Below, in pieces: positions 34,014-48,300 of a DNA stretch of 64,000 nucleotides (within the stretch, counting starts at the first letter, position 1; every line of letters starts with the position of its first letter). Source of the DNA: Sphyrna mokarran (taxonomy: Eukaryota); assembly GCA_024679065.1 (NCBI GenBank), contig JAGIQG010000009.1:107508001-107572000 (forward strand). Reading direction: 5' to 3'. The position numbers and the translations under genes were made by a program. The notes under the pieces are model-generated. The model had not been told where the DNA came from, did not search any database, and saw only the letters and a list, made by a program, of their open reading frames with translations.

Positions 34014-37000
34014 CTTTCAATTTTGCCTGTGAATACAATAAGGAAGACAGGAGTTGCAACAATTTTTATTTGCATTCAGTTTTGCAGCTGGAATTACAAA
34101 TTCTTTACACATGACAATGCATGCCTTTGCTCAACGCTTTATCTCCAATTTGGTCGTTCATTTGTTTACAAATTTAGTTTTACATTTATGGAGGAGAAGG
34201 TTTGTGACGTTCCCGTACTCGTCCGCCTTAGATTAGAGCAAAAGCTTCACAAATCCAGGGAGGAAATGGAAACACTCCAGGAGGGGCAGAATAAAACACG
34301 AACGGGATGCACTCAATGCACTCGTTTCCTAATTATAATGTGTACATGTTTAGAGAAGAATCTGCCATTTCTAGGGTTTCCACCACATTTAGGACAGTGA
34401 AGAGGGAGCTCCCACTTATACCATGTATGTTTTTCGTGATATTGTATTATCAGGTTGACGACCAGAAAGGTCATAGATATAAGGATGGACAGTTTGAGCA
34501 TGCAGTTAGTGGGGAATGAGAGGTGATCTTCTTGAACATGTACTAACCTGACCCGGCATAATAGGCCACAACATAGAAGGGAGTTTTCAGCTCTGGAAGA
34601 AACTAGTACTAAAGGACACAGATTAAGGACAAATTGATGCTTGAGATGGAGATTTTGAGCATTGCATCTTCCTCCATACCCCACCCAAAGAGTCCTTAGT
34701 ATATGAAACTCGCTTGCCAAAACACATTGGAGGCTGATTCGTTGAATTCAATCAAGACAGAGTTGAGTTTTAAATAGATAAGGGAGTCAAGGGCTATCAG
34801 GGAAAGGCGGCATTGTGGAGTTGGCCCCTATCAAGATTAGACTCAATTTTATTAAATGAGCAGTATAAGTGGAGCTCTATAAGTGGAGCAGTTTTGAATG
34901 GCTAAATAGTGTATTTTTGCTCTTGGATCTTATCATAGAATTCCTAGAGAGCATGAGGCCCATTCAGCATACACTGCTTCTTTCACAGTGTACCCTATCA
35001 AGGAACTCTCCCCTGCCCTATCCCCGTAACTCCACTCTTTTACCATGTCTAATCTACCTAACCTGCACATTTTTGGACTGTGGGAGAATCTGGAGCACCC
35101 AGAGGAAATCTGTTCAGAAACACACCCAATCCACTCAGTCTCTCAAGGCAGGAATTGAATTCGGGTTCGTAGCAATGTGAAGCAGCAGTGCAAACCACTG
35201 TGCCACTTCCCTAACCGTGTTCTTATACTTAGTTAACTAGACGAATATTTCATATAGAAATGTGTTTTCAACATCCAAATCTAGAGTCAGGACAGCAGAA
35301 ATTGTTCCTCTTGTTTTCTTCCTATAACTTTCTTAGAAATCCTTGCACTCACTTGAAAGGGCAGAAACGTCCTCATTTTAGATACATATCTGAAAAAGGG
35401 CACTTTTTACGTGGACATCGCCGGCTGGGCCACCATTTATTATCCTTCCCGAACTGTCCTCAGTTTCAGAGGATGTTTGTGAATCAACCGCATTGCTGTG
35501 AGTCCGGAGTGACATGTAGGCCAGACCGGGTAAGGAGGGCAGATTTCTTTTCCGAAAGGACATTAGTGAACCAGATCGATACTGGCTTCGCGATCAACAT
35601 TAGAATTTTAATTCCAGATTAGTGAATTCAAGTTTCACCATCCAGTTTGGAGAGATCTGACCAGGGCACACAGATATTGTCCTGAGTTACGAGTTGAGTG
35701 ACAATACCACTATGCCACTGCTTCCGCTACCCCCAACAAACTCCTGCTGTAGACTATTTGCCTTGAATTTTGTGACTAAATGGGATTTCAACCCATCACT
35801 TTCTCATTAAGTGGTGAGAGCTTTCGAAACCATAACTTGTGGCGAACATTCGATTATATCAATTTCAGTAGGCCCCACTATCCAGCATGTGGTACAGAAG
35901 TGGATTTATGTAATTCCGTGTGTTCCATCTCCCAGATTGTCGTTTATTTCCTTTCTTGTAGTTTCGAGTCCAAGGGTGCATTAGAGAGGCTTGATGAGGT
36001 GGATTTGGAACCCAGAACTCTTGTAAGATATGTTTTAATAGGGGTCTATAAAAATAATACCGCTGGAAAGGCGGAAGTGTTTCAGACGGAATTTAAAGAC
36101 AAAGACAAAAGCAACAATAACTGTCTTCGTGTTATCTTGGGCGGAGTGTGGTGCAAATTAGAGACAAGAAAATGATGAGATGGCCACGCAGAGCTACTGG
36201 AACACTTTTGAGTTATGATCAGGCTTAGAAATAGGGCGACGAATTTCTGCTTCGAGTTATTGGTGAGCCGAGGTGCTGTTACGTTCAACACAGAACAGAA
36301 CCTGAACAGTCTCTTTCAAAATTGCTGCATAAATGTGTGTGTGTGTGTGTTTGTGTATAGATATATTCATTTTATGGGACGTGGGTGAAACTGGCAAGAC
36401 CACCATTTCTTACTCACGCCTAATTGCCTTTGAGAAGGTGATAGGACTAATCTGCTCATATAGGATGAGCATTTAGCGTTGACTTATAACAGAAATTAAC
36501 AGTGTATTAAATGAAAGCACGAACAGTAGAAACACACCAATTAAGGAAGTGGCTTAGTATGAAAGTGACGAGACAAGCATTTCAGAGAAAGCGGTTAATG
36601 CTCTGAAGAGGGAGTACACAGACTCGATAAGTTAATTGTATTTTTCTCTTTCAACAGATGGTGCCAGGCTCACTGAGTTTTACTCCTGCACTTTTTGTTT
36701 CTATTTTATATTGTTAGCACCTGCAGCATTTTGTTTTAATTTTAATGCTCTGGGAACATATTTACAGCTTATGTTCAATAAATTAATTCGAACCATCTGG
36801 AATGTAATATTTTTTCAGTGATGATGACTATGAATCTATCGACGTATTATCGTTAAAATCCATCTACATTATTAATGTCCGCGAGGGAATAAAATCCTCC
36901 ATCTTTACCCGTTCTTATTTACACATTAGTAGAAACCTTTCGAGTTTTGCTTGATTCTTAAGTTCCCTTTGAGATGGCCCCGTAAGCCTCCCACTCCAAT

Positions 37001-40000
37001 GGGAAATATCGGCGGGTAGCAAGTGCTGGCCTTAACTTCAGTTTCTCTCTGTTTTAAAATTGATTTAACGATAAGAACAGTAAAACGATACACAGCTAAA
37101 TTCGGAACATGACTCTGCTTTACTCACAAACAAAACGATAAAAATCTACTTACTTCAACTTGACAGAGAAACTCACAGTCAACTTCTGCAATTATTTTCC
37201 GCCTGTACTGTAAAAGAATTATTTGTGGAACAAATACGGGAAGTTTGACGCTTACAGCAATTAACGAGACGTGTCAGCATTTTTTAGAAGAACAAGAAAG
37301 GGAGATTAGGAACTGAAATTCAAGTGCAGACAACATGGCCTAACAACTCCATATGGACTATCACTCAACAGAGTAGAATAGGATCCGGGTCCACTAGAGC
37401 GATTAAGATTATTTTAAACAATATATGACACTGACACTGGCTAGGTACATTGGCCATGCTAAATTTTCCATCAGTATATACGAACAGGCTCGGGGGCGGG
37501 GGGCTGGCGATTCAAGGATTTTCACAGTAACTTTATTGCTGATTTTGCCCATATGATCATTCGTGCTGTTCCAATTTGCAAGTACAGTAACAGTATAGAA
37601 TAGCACTCTTATTGACATTTCAGTCTTCAAGCATGTGTCAATATGTTGTTGCAAGTTTCATTGCTTTAATAGTTGAAGAGTTGACTGAAAGGTCACGAAA
37701 TGGTCAAAGCAGCCAAATACTGAATCAGAAACTGAAGTTACCATGAAAAACAGGAAGTGAAGATTCTTGTTTGTATTTTATGAAAAGCTGTGTTGTAATA
37801 GTTCATAAAAATGGGTAAGATTAAAACCTCGCCCTCTACAAGCATACGAATGAGAAGCAGGGGTAGGCTATTCCGTCCTTTCAGCCTGCTTCATCGTTGG
37901 ATAAAATCGTGGCTTATCGCCTGTCGCCTCAGCTCCGCATTCCATTTACCACCGTTACCACTTGTCTGCTTTGTTAGCATCGACCCTAAATTAGGCTTAA
38001 AATGACCCATTAACTCTACCTTCAGTGCTGTCCAAGGAAAAGTGTTCTAAAGACTGACGAGCTTCTGAGAGAACACAAAATCTTCTCCCCACCTGGAATG
38101 TGAGACCATTTATTTTCAAACTCTATCTCCAGTTCTGGTCTCTCCCACAAGCTAAATCATCCTTTCAGTGTCAGTTCGGTCAATTCCCCGCAGGAAGTTA
38201 TGTATTTCATTAGGGGCACATTGAAATCGCCACATAGTCGCCTGAATTCGAACTGTCGCAGCATTGACGCAGTGGTTAGTGACAGGGACTGGGTTCAATT
38301 CCATCGTCAGGTCACCTCGAGGGCGACTTTCGACTTTCTCCCCTGTCTGCATGGATTTCTTCCGGTGCTCCGGTTTCTTCCCACAGTCTAAAGATGTGAG
38401 GGTTAGGGGGACTGGCCATGCTAAATTGCTCCTTCGTTTCAGGGGACTAGAAAGGCAAATGCTTGGTGTTAGCGGGATATGTCCTGGGTGGGATTGTTAT
38501 CGCTGTAGGCCCAATGGGCCGAATATCCTCCTTCTGCCCAGCAGAGAATCTATAAATCTATGATAGCGTTCTATTACTCCACACTAACGTTTCACAACAC
38601 TTCCTTCTGCTTTTTATAAAAGATTAGACTTAGACATGCGGAAAGTCCCGTTCACTCAACTCAACTGTCCTTAAGTAGTGCAGAAATTGAAAAGTTATTT
38701 TGCAAACACATGGGTTTTTTTTACTGAGAATTCAATGAAAATGATTCCCTTAAAAAGACAGTCTTTGTCTGCAATGTAGTTGTAATAGTGCACGCAGAAA
38801 ATCTTCAATCAACAGATCTGCTTTCATTTCCTATTGCTGAATAAGATGTTTAAAGGGTAATAAAATTAAATCGCGAGGACAAAGTGAATCACCATTTCAT
38901 GTTGTCGGCCATGTCGTGTCTTCTAATAAGCCATTGCCTAATAAAACATGCAGAAAGATAGCACAGAAATCGAGTGAACTGGATGGAGATTGCAATTCAA
39001 CTGTACTTGGTTTATTTAAGTGGCTTTAATAAAAATGGATGGAAAAAATTGTTGTGACTCTTCCTGAGTCTTTCCCGACCATTGTGAATAAATTTTCTTA
39101 TCGGTAATGATTTTTGCATATCTTGTATTGCATGCCTGAGAAAAAGAAGCAGCAATACTGGGTTTACTTTGATGAACGATACTTACAGGGCAAAATGCAG
39201 TGTTGGTTCATGTTGGAGTTCTAGGCCGAAGAGAAATTAGGATTATCTTCAAACTAATTGAATGAGGCAATGTACAATTGTGTTTCATGTTCACAGAAGT
39301 CTAATTTCCCTGATTGAAGACTCATAGTACACATTCACCTTCAGCAGCCAAAATGAGGAAGTTTTGTTACACCGCCCAAACAGAGAGGGCAGCCGAGAGA
39401 GCAGCTGTACAATGAGCTACATTCTGTACAATTGAACTGGCAAAGGCAGCCTTTTTAAGGCAACTACTTTAAGGTTCACAAGACCCATCCTAGGATGTGA
39501 TGGACTGCATGAATGAAGGTTCGCAAAGTCACAGGTCTGGTATGTTTAAAAACACGAATCTTATTCCAGGAATAATATCAGCACAATGATCTGATATTTA
39601 TACCAGCTGTTTGTACAGCATGACAGATTGGTATATGATTACTTTGCTTAAAGTTGACTGCCTTTTTTCATGATTAATCAACAGACTATGCACTGAAAAT
39701 AATAGAAGGCTGCCAATGTACTTTTTTAAGTCTTCGTGGACGAGGCTGACATAGAAAGGAGCTGATTGTTCATATTTATTACTAAACCTAATCCGGAAAT
39801 GATCATCACTCACTTACGTTATAATCCAGGTTAGAAACTTCAAGGGATTTTAAGAAGTCAGCCGAGATCATTGAAATTTGTCACAGGTAAGATGTTTCAC
39901 TCCAGGTATGACTCACTAGAGAGCTTTCATGAAACAAATTTTATTTACAGTTAACACAAAGAAGGAAAATTCGCAATTACAATCACAAACAAGAAAAAAT

Positions 40001-40445
40001 ACAACCATGATATTGTACAAATCTTAACAGCTCTGAATACTGTTCCACACAACATTCTTACAAGCATGCAGCCCCGGTTTCGGTTTGCTCACATGATGCT
40101 GCATCTTGTGGCTCTAGCAACAATAAAAGATGCCACTAAAGACTCCACCGTGCCAATTGCAAAATAAAAAAAAAGCTTGCTTTCAAACTACAGAGAACAT
40201 GATTAAAAATACACTTCTTAAAGGCACAGCAGCGTGACATGCACCATTAGAATGTTGTCAGATATGACCAACCTCTGTGTGACTGCTGGCCCACCGAAAC
40301 AGTAAATCACTTTCATTTTATGTAAGGTCTTCTGATTAACTTGAATGGATAACTAAAAGTTCATGGATGATGGGCAGACTCCAGGAAAGTATAGGGCATA
40401 GATAGATAGATAGGCAGACAGGCAGACATAAAGCAGGCAGACTGA

Positions 40446-41132
40446 TGTCGTGGTTCCCCAGGACGACAATATACTTTTAGCTTATTAAATGAGAGTCTGA
40501 GTCTTGGTTTTCCAGGTAGTAAGACTTTATTCTCCAGCACACGAGAACAAAGCCGGGATGTCCGGAACACTCCAGTGAAATGCTCACTTACAGCTTGTCT
40601 TATACAATTTGCAGATACATGCCTTGAGATTCTTATCTCATTCTCAAAGTTAGCTTATCTTTAACCACCATTAGTGCTGGTTCTGCTAATAATTTATCTT
40701 GTCGTGGATTGGTCACTAATCGATGCATTTACGACTCTGTAAAACCAGTTTGTTTATACAACAGTTCTGACCGTTGCCCTCACCCCATTAACGTTGTTTA
40801 TACACAATGGTGGCTTAGCTAGACTTTAAACTAAGTGACAAAGAGAATATATGTACCCCATCCCTGTTTTCTAGGCCATAGTGTGACCATTGTGTCTCAA
40901 GGTTTAACTGCCTACAGCTGCTTACACTCAATGTTTAATAAATGCTTACCATCCTGATTCTATCACACTAGCCACCATACATTCAATTACATTAAATAAC
41001 ATACTGGGCTCATTATATTTCAACATCTTGCCCATTGCATGTTGGTGAGACTATATTTCGCATTCTACTGCTACTACTACAAATATTCTCTTACATTCAT
41101 GATACTGTTGCTACTACAAATATTCTCTTACA
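40446..41132 (-). mobile_element. Solo LTR specific to unit C
   Basis: TG...CA with a perfect 4-bp TSD CTGA (40442-40445 and 41133-41136); minus-strand TATAAG and AATAAA; absent from unit A. Confidence 0.8.
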
Positions 41133-42379
41133 CTGACAGCCAGACAGACTGATAGATAGATAGATGATTGACTTCTTGAATAAATGTCCTAGCATCACTT
41201 CCAATACGTGACGAAGAAAAAATGAATTAAGCATAATCCACGGCAAAGTTTCAGACAAACATCACGAACCCTGTCTAAGATAATTAAAGCACAGACATGC
41301 AGACATCCTAACTCTTATGAGTAGAAGAAAAGGTCATCTGAATTATGTGTTTATTTTAAAGTCCATAGTTCCTACATTGCCAGACTGAAATCATTCAGAT
41401 TTCGGTCTTTGATTGTAATGAGAGAGCCTGTGACAATACGAGGCCATTTCATTTTAAACGGATTTACTTTAATCAGCTATAGGTGGCAGTATTCGTTACA
41501 ATTACAATTTTACATGTGGTCCAGTTACAATCAGTTTCATGTTGTTCAGTTTCGATATAAGCTACAGTTTGTTTCTGTGTGCATTTGTGTTAGCAGATCT
41601 TTAGAATCATAGAAACTTTACAATATTTGGCCCATCTGCATCGACTCCCCAAGGCCCAATCCCCATAAACCCGAATTATTACCAATCCACCTAACCTTCA
41701 CATCTGTGTATACTAAGAGGCAATTTAGCACGATCAATCAAGCTACCCTCCACATTTTAGACTGTGGGACGACAGAGTGCAAACTCTAGACGGTCACCCA
41801 ATTTTGGATGACCATTGTGCCACCATTCCGCCATGTCAGCTTGTCTTTGATATGTGAAAATGACAAGAGGTAGGGAGCGACAAACACAGTTATTACAAGG
41901 TGATGATTCTGTATCGAATGCATTGTAAAACATGGTGGCAATACGTAAAAGGTTAGCTATAAAACACCATTTGCTTCCAAAGCTGTTGTCAAACCTCATC
42001 GTTGGGTAACAATAACTTCTGTTGCTCATAGTCTTTGTTGAATTTCATATAAGGTTCCTTCACTTGCAGAGTGAGCATGCAAAGCGGAGTAAATTCAATG
42101 CTCAACAGAAAAGTCGGGAACAAATACTTAGAGGAAAGAAAAATCGAAAATAAATCCATGTTTCATTCTCTGCGATGAAGATTCATGATTAAATTGGAAT
42201 TCTCCTTGCGTTTTCCATTAAACTGAATGTCCCTCAATGAATCCTACTCTTTCCTGTATTGCAGACTAGCATTGGAATTTGAACTACAGAGCTGCATACA
42301 TTGTATATTTTACAGAACATATTTGCATTGAATGATAATGAAGGGGAAAACACAATGAATGTACGCTTGTGCCTTCTAT

Positions 42380-42485
42380 TCATCTGTTCATCCTTTCATT
42401 CATCCATCTACCCATACATCCATTCATCCGCCCGTTTGTTCATCCATCCACCTGTCCATCTATCCATCTAGCCATCCGTCCATTC
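42380..42485. repeat. Degenerate (CATC)n microsatellite
   Basis: catccatc repeats. Confidence 0.8.
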
Positions 42486-43134
42486 ACTTGCTCGTGCATT
42501 CTATGTGGCTTGGTTGAGCGTTATTGTTTCCCACGTTTGCACTGGCTACAGAACTCCCTCTAAATTAACTGCTGGGAGATGTTTTATAGAATATATCTAA
42601 GCATAGCAAACATGGAGCGGTAAGCAGACAATTTGTGATTATTTCACTCTTTGTAGGTTTTAGTCAATAATGTGCGTGCAGATTCATTGATGGAGTTTTA
42701 CTTCACAGTCATCTATCCAAAGTAAGTATAATCATATTGTTGTTGCCTCAGTAGAAATCAGACCATTTCCTTCTCTATATCTAAGTCATCACATTCTTGT
42801 ACTACTTTCCACATTCTTCTACTTGAAATTTGTTTAGCCTAACTATGTCTACTTGCTTATCCAATAACTGCTTCCTCGAATAACATTGGCTCATTACTCT
42901 AAAGGATATTATGCAGCTTAGCAACTTAATGAGTTAACGTTTCTTTACTTACTATGTCAGTGTGTTGTGGTGATAAGCTGTTAGTTTTAACTACTCGATT
43001 TTAGTTGCTCCCCCCCCCATGGTGATATTTTAACAACAAAAAAAGTCATTCTTCCGCGTCTGATTCGTCTTGCAGGAGTCTAACTCATTGACATTTCTTT
43101 TTACCTTTGGGTAGTTGTTCCCCTTTTCGATTAC

Positions 43135-43490
43135 AATGGTACAATGGCATTGCTGCTGGACGAGTAATCCAGAGACCCAGTGTAATTCTCGGAGGATCCA
43201 GATTCGAATCCACCACGGCCGATGGTGATATTTGAATTGAATAAAATTCGAAGTCCAATGTTGACCGTGAAACCATTGTCTATTGTTGAAAAAAAAACAA
43301 TCTGGTACACTAATGTCTTTTGAGGAAGGAAACTACGGTCCTTTTCTGTTCTCAGTAAGAAGTTTCACAACAAAGTCCAACAGGTTCATTTGGTACCATG
43401 AGTTTTCAGAGCGCTGCTCTTTCTTCAAGTGAATGGCTTGCCTGGTCTGGCCTACATGTGACTACAGCCCACAGCAACGTAGTTGATACT
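43135..43490 (+). mobile_element. DeuSINE/SacSINE1-like SINE with a Penelope fragment (paralogue of 1-240)
   Basis: gtaatccagagacccag...gattcgaatccaccacggccgatgg. Confidence 0.65.
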
Positions 43491-44306
43491 TTGACAGCGG
43501 CTGATGGTCTCCCAACCCCTCAGGGTACCTTCCATGTCGTTGTTGAACTCGAGATAGGAAGATGTCAAGTGTAAAGAACTCCTGATTGACGCTCACCAGA
43601 AATTTAAGCAGATGAAAAAAGGTTATTGGAGAAGGCAAAGAAACGAGAATAGATCTTGGACTTAATGTATAAAAACAGGCAAGAAATGATATCGAAAGCA
43701 ACATTTGATCGAAGTAAAAGTTTATTTATTATTAGGTTTACATTAACATTGCAATGAAGTTACTGTGAAAAATCCCCGAGACATCATATCCCGGTGCCTG
43801 TTTAGGTATACTGAGCGAGAAATGAGCATGGCCAATGCACCTAACCAGCATCTCTTTCGGAGGAAGCCAGAGTACCCAGTGAAAACCCACACAAACATGG
43901 GCAGAACGTGCAGACTCCACTCAGACAGTGACCCAAGCCCGGAATAGAACCTGGCTTCCTACCGCTGGATGCGGCAGCGCTAGCCACTGCGCCAGTACGC
44001 CCCCTCATACAAATCAAAGACAATAAAGGAATCTCTATCAAAACCTGCTCACCCAGAGATTGCAAGCTGAGGTAATCTACCTGGCCTTGAAGAAATCAGC
44101 TAACCATACAAATTGTATTTAGAGAAAATATTTCGTTTAAAAGAAAATACTTAAGCCAACATCAGCAACCCTAAATGAAACACGGACATTCTCAACCACC
44201 TTCTTATCCGCGAGAATGACATGTCTGCAGAAAATCTATTCCTCAATATCTCCAGGACAGCTTATTATAGTTAGAGGATTCCTTCATTGGAAAATGATTA
44301 CGATGA

Positions 44307-44752
44307 TTAAATGATTAATTATTATTATTATTGGTCTTATGAAGAGAGGCTGAGGGATTTGAGGTTGTTTTCGTTAGAAAGGAGGCGGCTAAGAGGGGAC
44401 CTAATCGAAACATATAAGATGATTAGAGGTTTAGATAGGGTGGACAGTGATAGCCTTTTTCCTAGGATGGAGAAAGCTAGCACGAGGGGACACAGCTTTA
44501 AATTAAGGGGTGATAGTTATAGGACGGATATCAGAGGTAGGTTCTTTACCCAAAGGGTGGTTCGGGAGTGGAATGCCCTGCCTGCAGCAGTTGTAGATGC
44601 GCCAAGTTTGGTGGCGTTTAAGAGGTTAGTTGATAAGTATATGGAAGAGAAGGGAATGGTTTAGTTTGGAGGGGCATTGCTTTTTATATTGGTCGGCACA
44701 ACATCGAAGGCCGAAGGGCCTGTTCTGTGCTGTAATGTTCTATGTTCTATGA
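44307..44752 (+). mobile_element. Young 5'-truncated CR1/HER1-type LINE downstream of the gene B stop
   Basis: SYEERLRDLRLFSLERRRLRGDL ORF; tgttcta tail; ATGA at both ends; empty site at 2401-2420. Confidence 0.9.
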
Positions 44753-45105
44753 CAGATGCCAAATAGTGAAAACCGCACAAAAAAGTAACTAATACTTTTA
44801 GTAACTAATACTAATACTAATTCGTTGCTGATTACAATGATTAAGAAAAGAGTAAATGAACAAAAAAATCGTGTGTTTATGAACTTTTGAGAATAAAAAT
44901 ATCAACAATATATAGCAAAAACGCGGCTTTTACAGGAAAGGTCTACTACATCTTACATTTTGTACTAAAGATCACGTTAATTGAAATCTCAACCCTAAAC
45001 TCATTATTGATGTACTAATTTTCAGTCCTTTCTCTGCGATTCCACGCCTGAGACATCATTGCGTACTGGGGCCCGAACCGCCGCATACACTACCGGTCCT
45101 TCCAT

Positions 45106-45300
45106 CTAGTTTCGAAGTTTCACTGGCGCCTGATTCTTGTTCTGATCACGACCTGGCCTCACTACCGCGTACACAATCTTGTCTTCGTCTTGTTGAGGCG
45201 GGGGGCCCGCGATATGATTGTTCGTGCGGTTTCCCGTTTGCTGTGTTTTGGGTTTGGCGACGTGCAGGTCAGCATAAATGACATTGTTCGACGTGCCTCC
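45106..45300 (-). CDS. Gene B terminal cytoplasmic exon with 2 ITIMs (VIYADL, IVYAVV)
   Basis: tttgag|GGA GGC ACG; 64 codons then TAG; a third motif VVYAAV lies after the stop. Confidence 0.8.
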   Translation of the reverse strand, partial: GGTSNNVIYADLHVAKPKTQQTGNRTNNHIAGPPPQQDEDKIVYAVVRPGRDQNKNQAPVKLRN

Positions 45301-48300
45301 CTCAAATAGGACAAAATTTAAAAAGAAAATAAAACGGAAATGTTAACACTGCAGTTTGCTCAGATTAATAATGCCATTCCTGGCCTAATGGAAAACCGCA
45401 GAAAGATGTGTTGCAAAAAACTGCTTAGAAGTTAGAGCGCAAAAAAAATGAAACATGTCTAGTGAAAGGCCAAACAACAAGATTACCAAGGCAACAAGTT
45501 ACCAAGACTTTCAAGTTTGAATCTTTTTTGAACTCAGCCAATCAATTTGAATTAGGCAATTAGAAACAGCGACCTATCAAATTTAAATCTGATGATATGG
45601 GCAATTTGGGACCAATCCTATTATGAGGGTTATTGATGTGTCATCATAGGTATAAAAGATCAGCGGGACAAAAGGCAGAATTCAACTGCCGCCTGCCACA
45701 GCTCAAAGCCCTTAGCTCACTGCCTCGTTGAGTAAAGATACCAAAGAAAAAAAAGAATAGACAGAGAAGGCCCGAATTTTCCAAAAAGACACAAAGCTGG
45801 TTGTAATTTAAAGAGTGACTAAAACTCTATTTTTTGTTAATGATTAGGTTTGTATTTGATGGAACAACATTCCATTAGAATCGTGTTTTAATTGTGTTGT
45901 TAATTATTTAGCTAACTTATTGTTATTTGGATAAGAAATTGCTACTTGTTAACTTTAGAGAGAGTGTCAGGAAGTGTCTTGATTTGTCCACTAGAGGTCG
46001 TTGAAGAGTAGGTCACACCACACTGACTTTTTACAGATTATAGGACATATTTCTCTTTGAGTGGTTAGGTTAATCCTCAAATGGGTGATAACTCTGCTTT
46101 ATACCAGATGTATTTTGCATCCATTGTTCTGTCTATGGCAGAACAGGAATTCAGAAATACCTCGAAATCTCAGCAATTAATATGAAAGCAAAATTCCTTC
46201 AAGTTTGCAACTTGCAATTAAATCTGTTAAGTTATTTTTTACTATTCTAACAAGGCAAACAATGGTATTACCCTCAGATTCTTAATACAAAAATACAGCT
46301 AATGTTATGTAAATCCTGGTACAAATTCCATCATGGCGGATGTGGATTTTGAATTCAATTAAAATGTTTTATGGAATTAAGAATTTACAGATGACCATGA
46401 AAGCATTGTCAAATGTCCGAAGAAGCTATCTAGTTCACTCATCCTTTTTAGGGAAGGAAATCTGCCATCCTTAATCGATCTGGTCTACATATGACAGCAG
46501 AGCCATAGTAGTGTAATTCACACTCAGCTGCCCTCAGCCAGTTGTTCAAGAAGGCAGCTGACCACCACCTAAGGGGAGTGATAGATAGGGAATATACTCT
46601 AGCTGGCAAACGATGTCCATGTCCCACGTGCAAATTTAAGAAATGTCAGTAAGAGAGGCCAAGAATGTTTTGGATTTTTTTTAGTCCATCTGTTGGTTGG
46701 CCGTGAACGGATTTCTATTCTTTACAAGTATTGTTAAAAACACATAGAAAATTTTTGCAGTTCTTTACTGATCCCAATCTCTCTTAAATGAGGCCATATG
46801 TAACCTTTCAGAAATTTTTTGGGTGATCTGTTAGTCAGCGATGTTAGGGCTAGTTTTCTTGAAATAGACTTTGTTCTTTCAAAACAGAAGAAGATGCTAG
46901 CAGTGCCCCTGTCCTGAAACATCTTCCCTGCAGCGATTGGAGGTTGGAAGATGATCGTTAGAGTTGACATTTGTTCTTGGCATTCACAGAACCCAGGTTT
47001 ACATTTCAGCTGGGTCTGGAGATTTATCCACTTATAAGGGCTTTAAAAGCTTACTATTTTCTCCCTCACTACGTTTACCTTATCAAATATTTTAGCTTTG
47101 TCTCCCTAATTACTTTGTCTGTTTTTTTCCTCTGAGAGAAACAGAAAATATCCATTAAGAAGCTAATCTGTGTCATGTACTTCCAGGTGTATCTTAGCTT
47201 TTTGAGCTCTAATTGGCCTTGCTCTTTTCTTCATTATCCATTTGTTCTTTATGAATAGACAGAACATATAGGGATTTTCCTGGATAATACTTGCCAATGT
47301 TTTGCCGGTTCTTCGTTTCCCTAATGTTCATAGAAATCGTAGAATTCCTACAGTGCAGAAGGAGGCCGTTCAGCCCATCAAGACAACAATCCCACTCAGG
47401 TCCTGTCCCCATTACCCTACACATTTATCCCACTAATCTCTCTAACCTTGGCATCCCTTGAAACTAAGGGTCAATTTAGCATGACCTATTAACCTAACCA
47501 GCACATCTTTGGCGTCTGGGTGGAAACTGGAGCATATAGAGGAAACTCAGGCAGACACAGGGGGAAGGTGCAGTTTGCACAATTTCAGTGACCCAAGTAA
47601 AGAGTTGAACCCAGGCCACTGGAGCTGAAAGGCAGCAATGCTAACCACTGTGCCACCGTGCAGCCCTAAGAGTGTGCAAAACACAATCCCTCTCTACCAG
47701 AAATTTTGCAGTTCGGCATCCCTCATTTGGGAACATCGAAGGCGTCAGCACACCCGAAGGGCAATGGGCTAACTTGTCCTGGGCTATTCATCTGCTTGAT
47801 CACTGTTTCACCCCGTCAGGTAGATATTCTTAAGCATAATCATAGAACTGCAGCTTCAGTGCTATAAGGAGACAGCCATTAGGCCCATCGAGTAGATGCC
47901 TACTCAATGGAGTAGTGGCATCCAACCATTCCCATGCATCCATTTAAGCCCTGTAGGTTTATTCTCTTCATGTTCCTATCCCATTTCCTTTTGAAATCCT
48001 TTATCAGCTTTGCTTTCGCTTCCCTCCATCTCCCTTAGAGATTGCGAGTTTCAGGTCATTGTCACTCGCTGCATAAGGAAGTTCTGCCACAGATCTTCCC
48101 CCCTCCCCCCACCCTTCCGCTGCGCAAAACCTTAAATATTCCTTCCAACTTCAGTTGACAGGAACAACCTTTATTTTCCTCGTTATCGAAATCTGACAAC
48201 TCGTGTGCAACTCCAACAAATAGCGCACTTCAATACGATTGTTCCTAGGAGAACAACCCCAAATTCTCCAATACAACCTTGTAATTGAAAGCTTTCAACC

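Larger units (their letters stand above)
30230..42368. repeat. Segmental duplication unit C (partial copy of ~12955-27975)
   Basis: Same order of unique sequence and repeats as unit A, with a single V exon. Confidence 0.85.
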
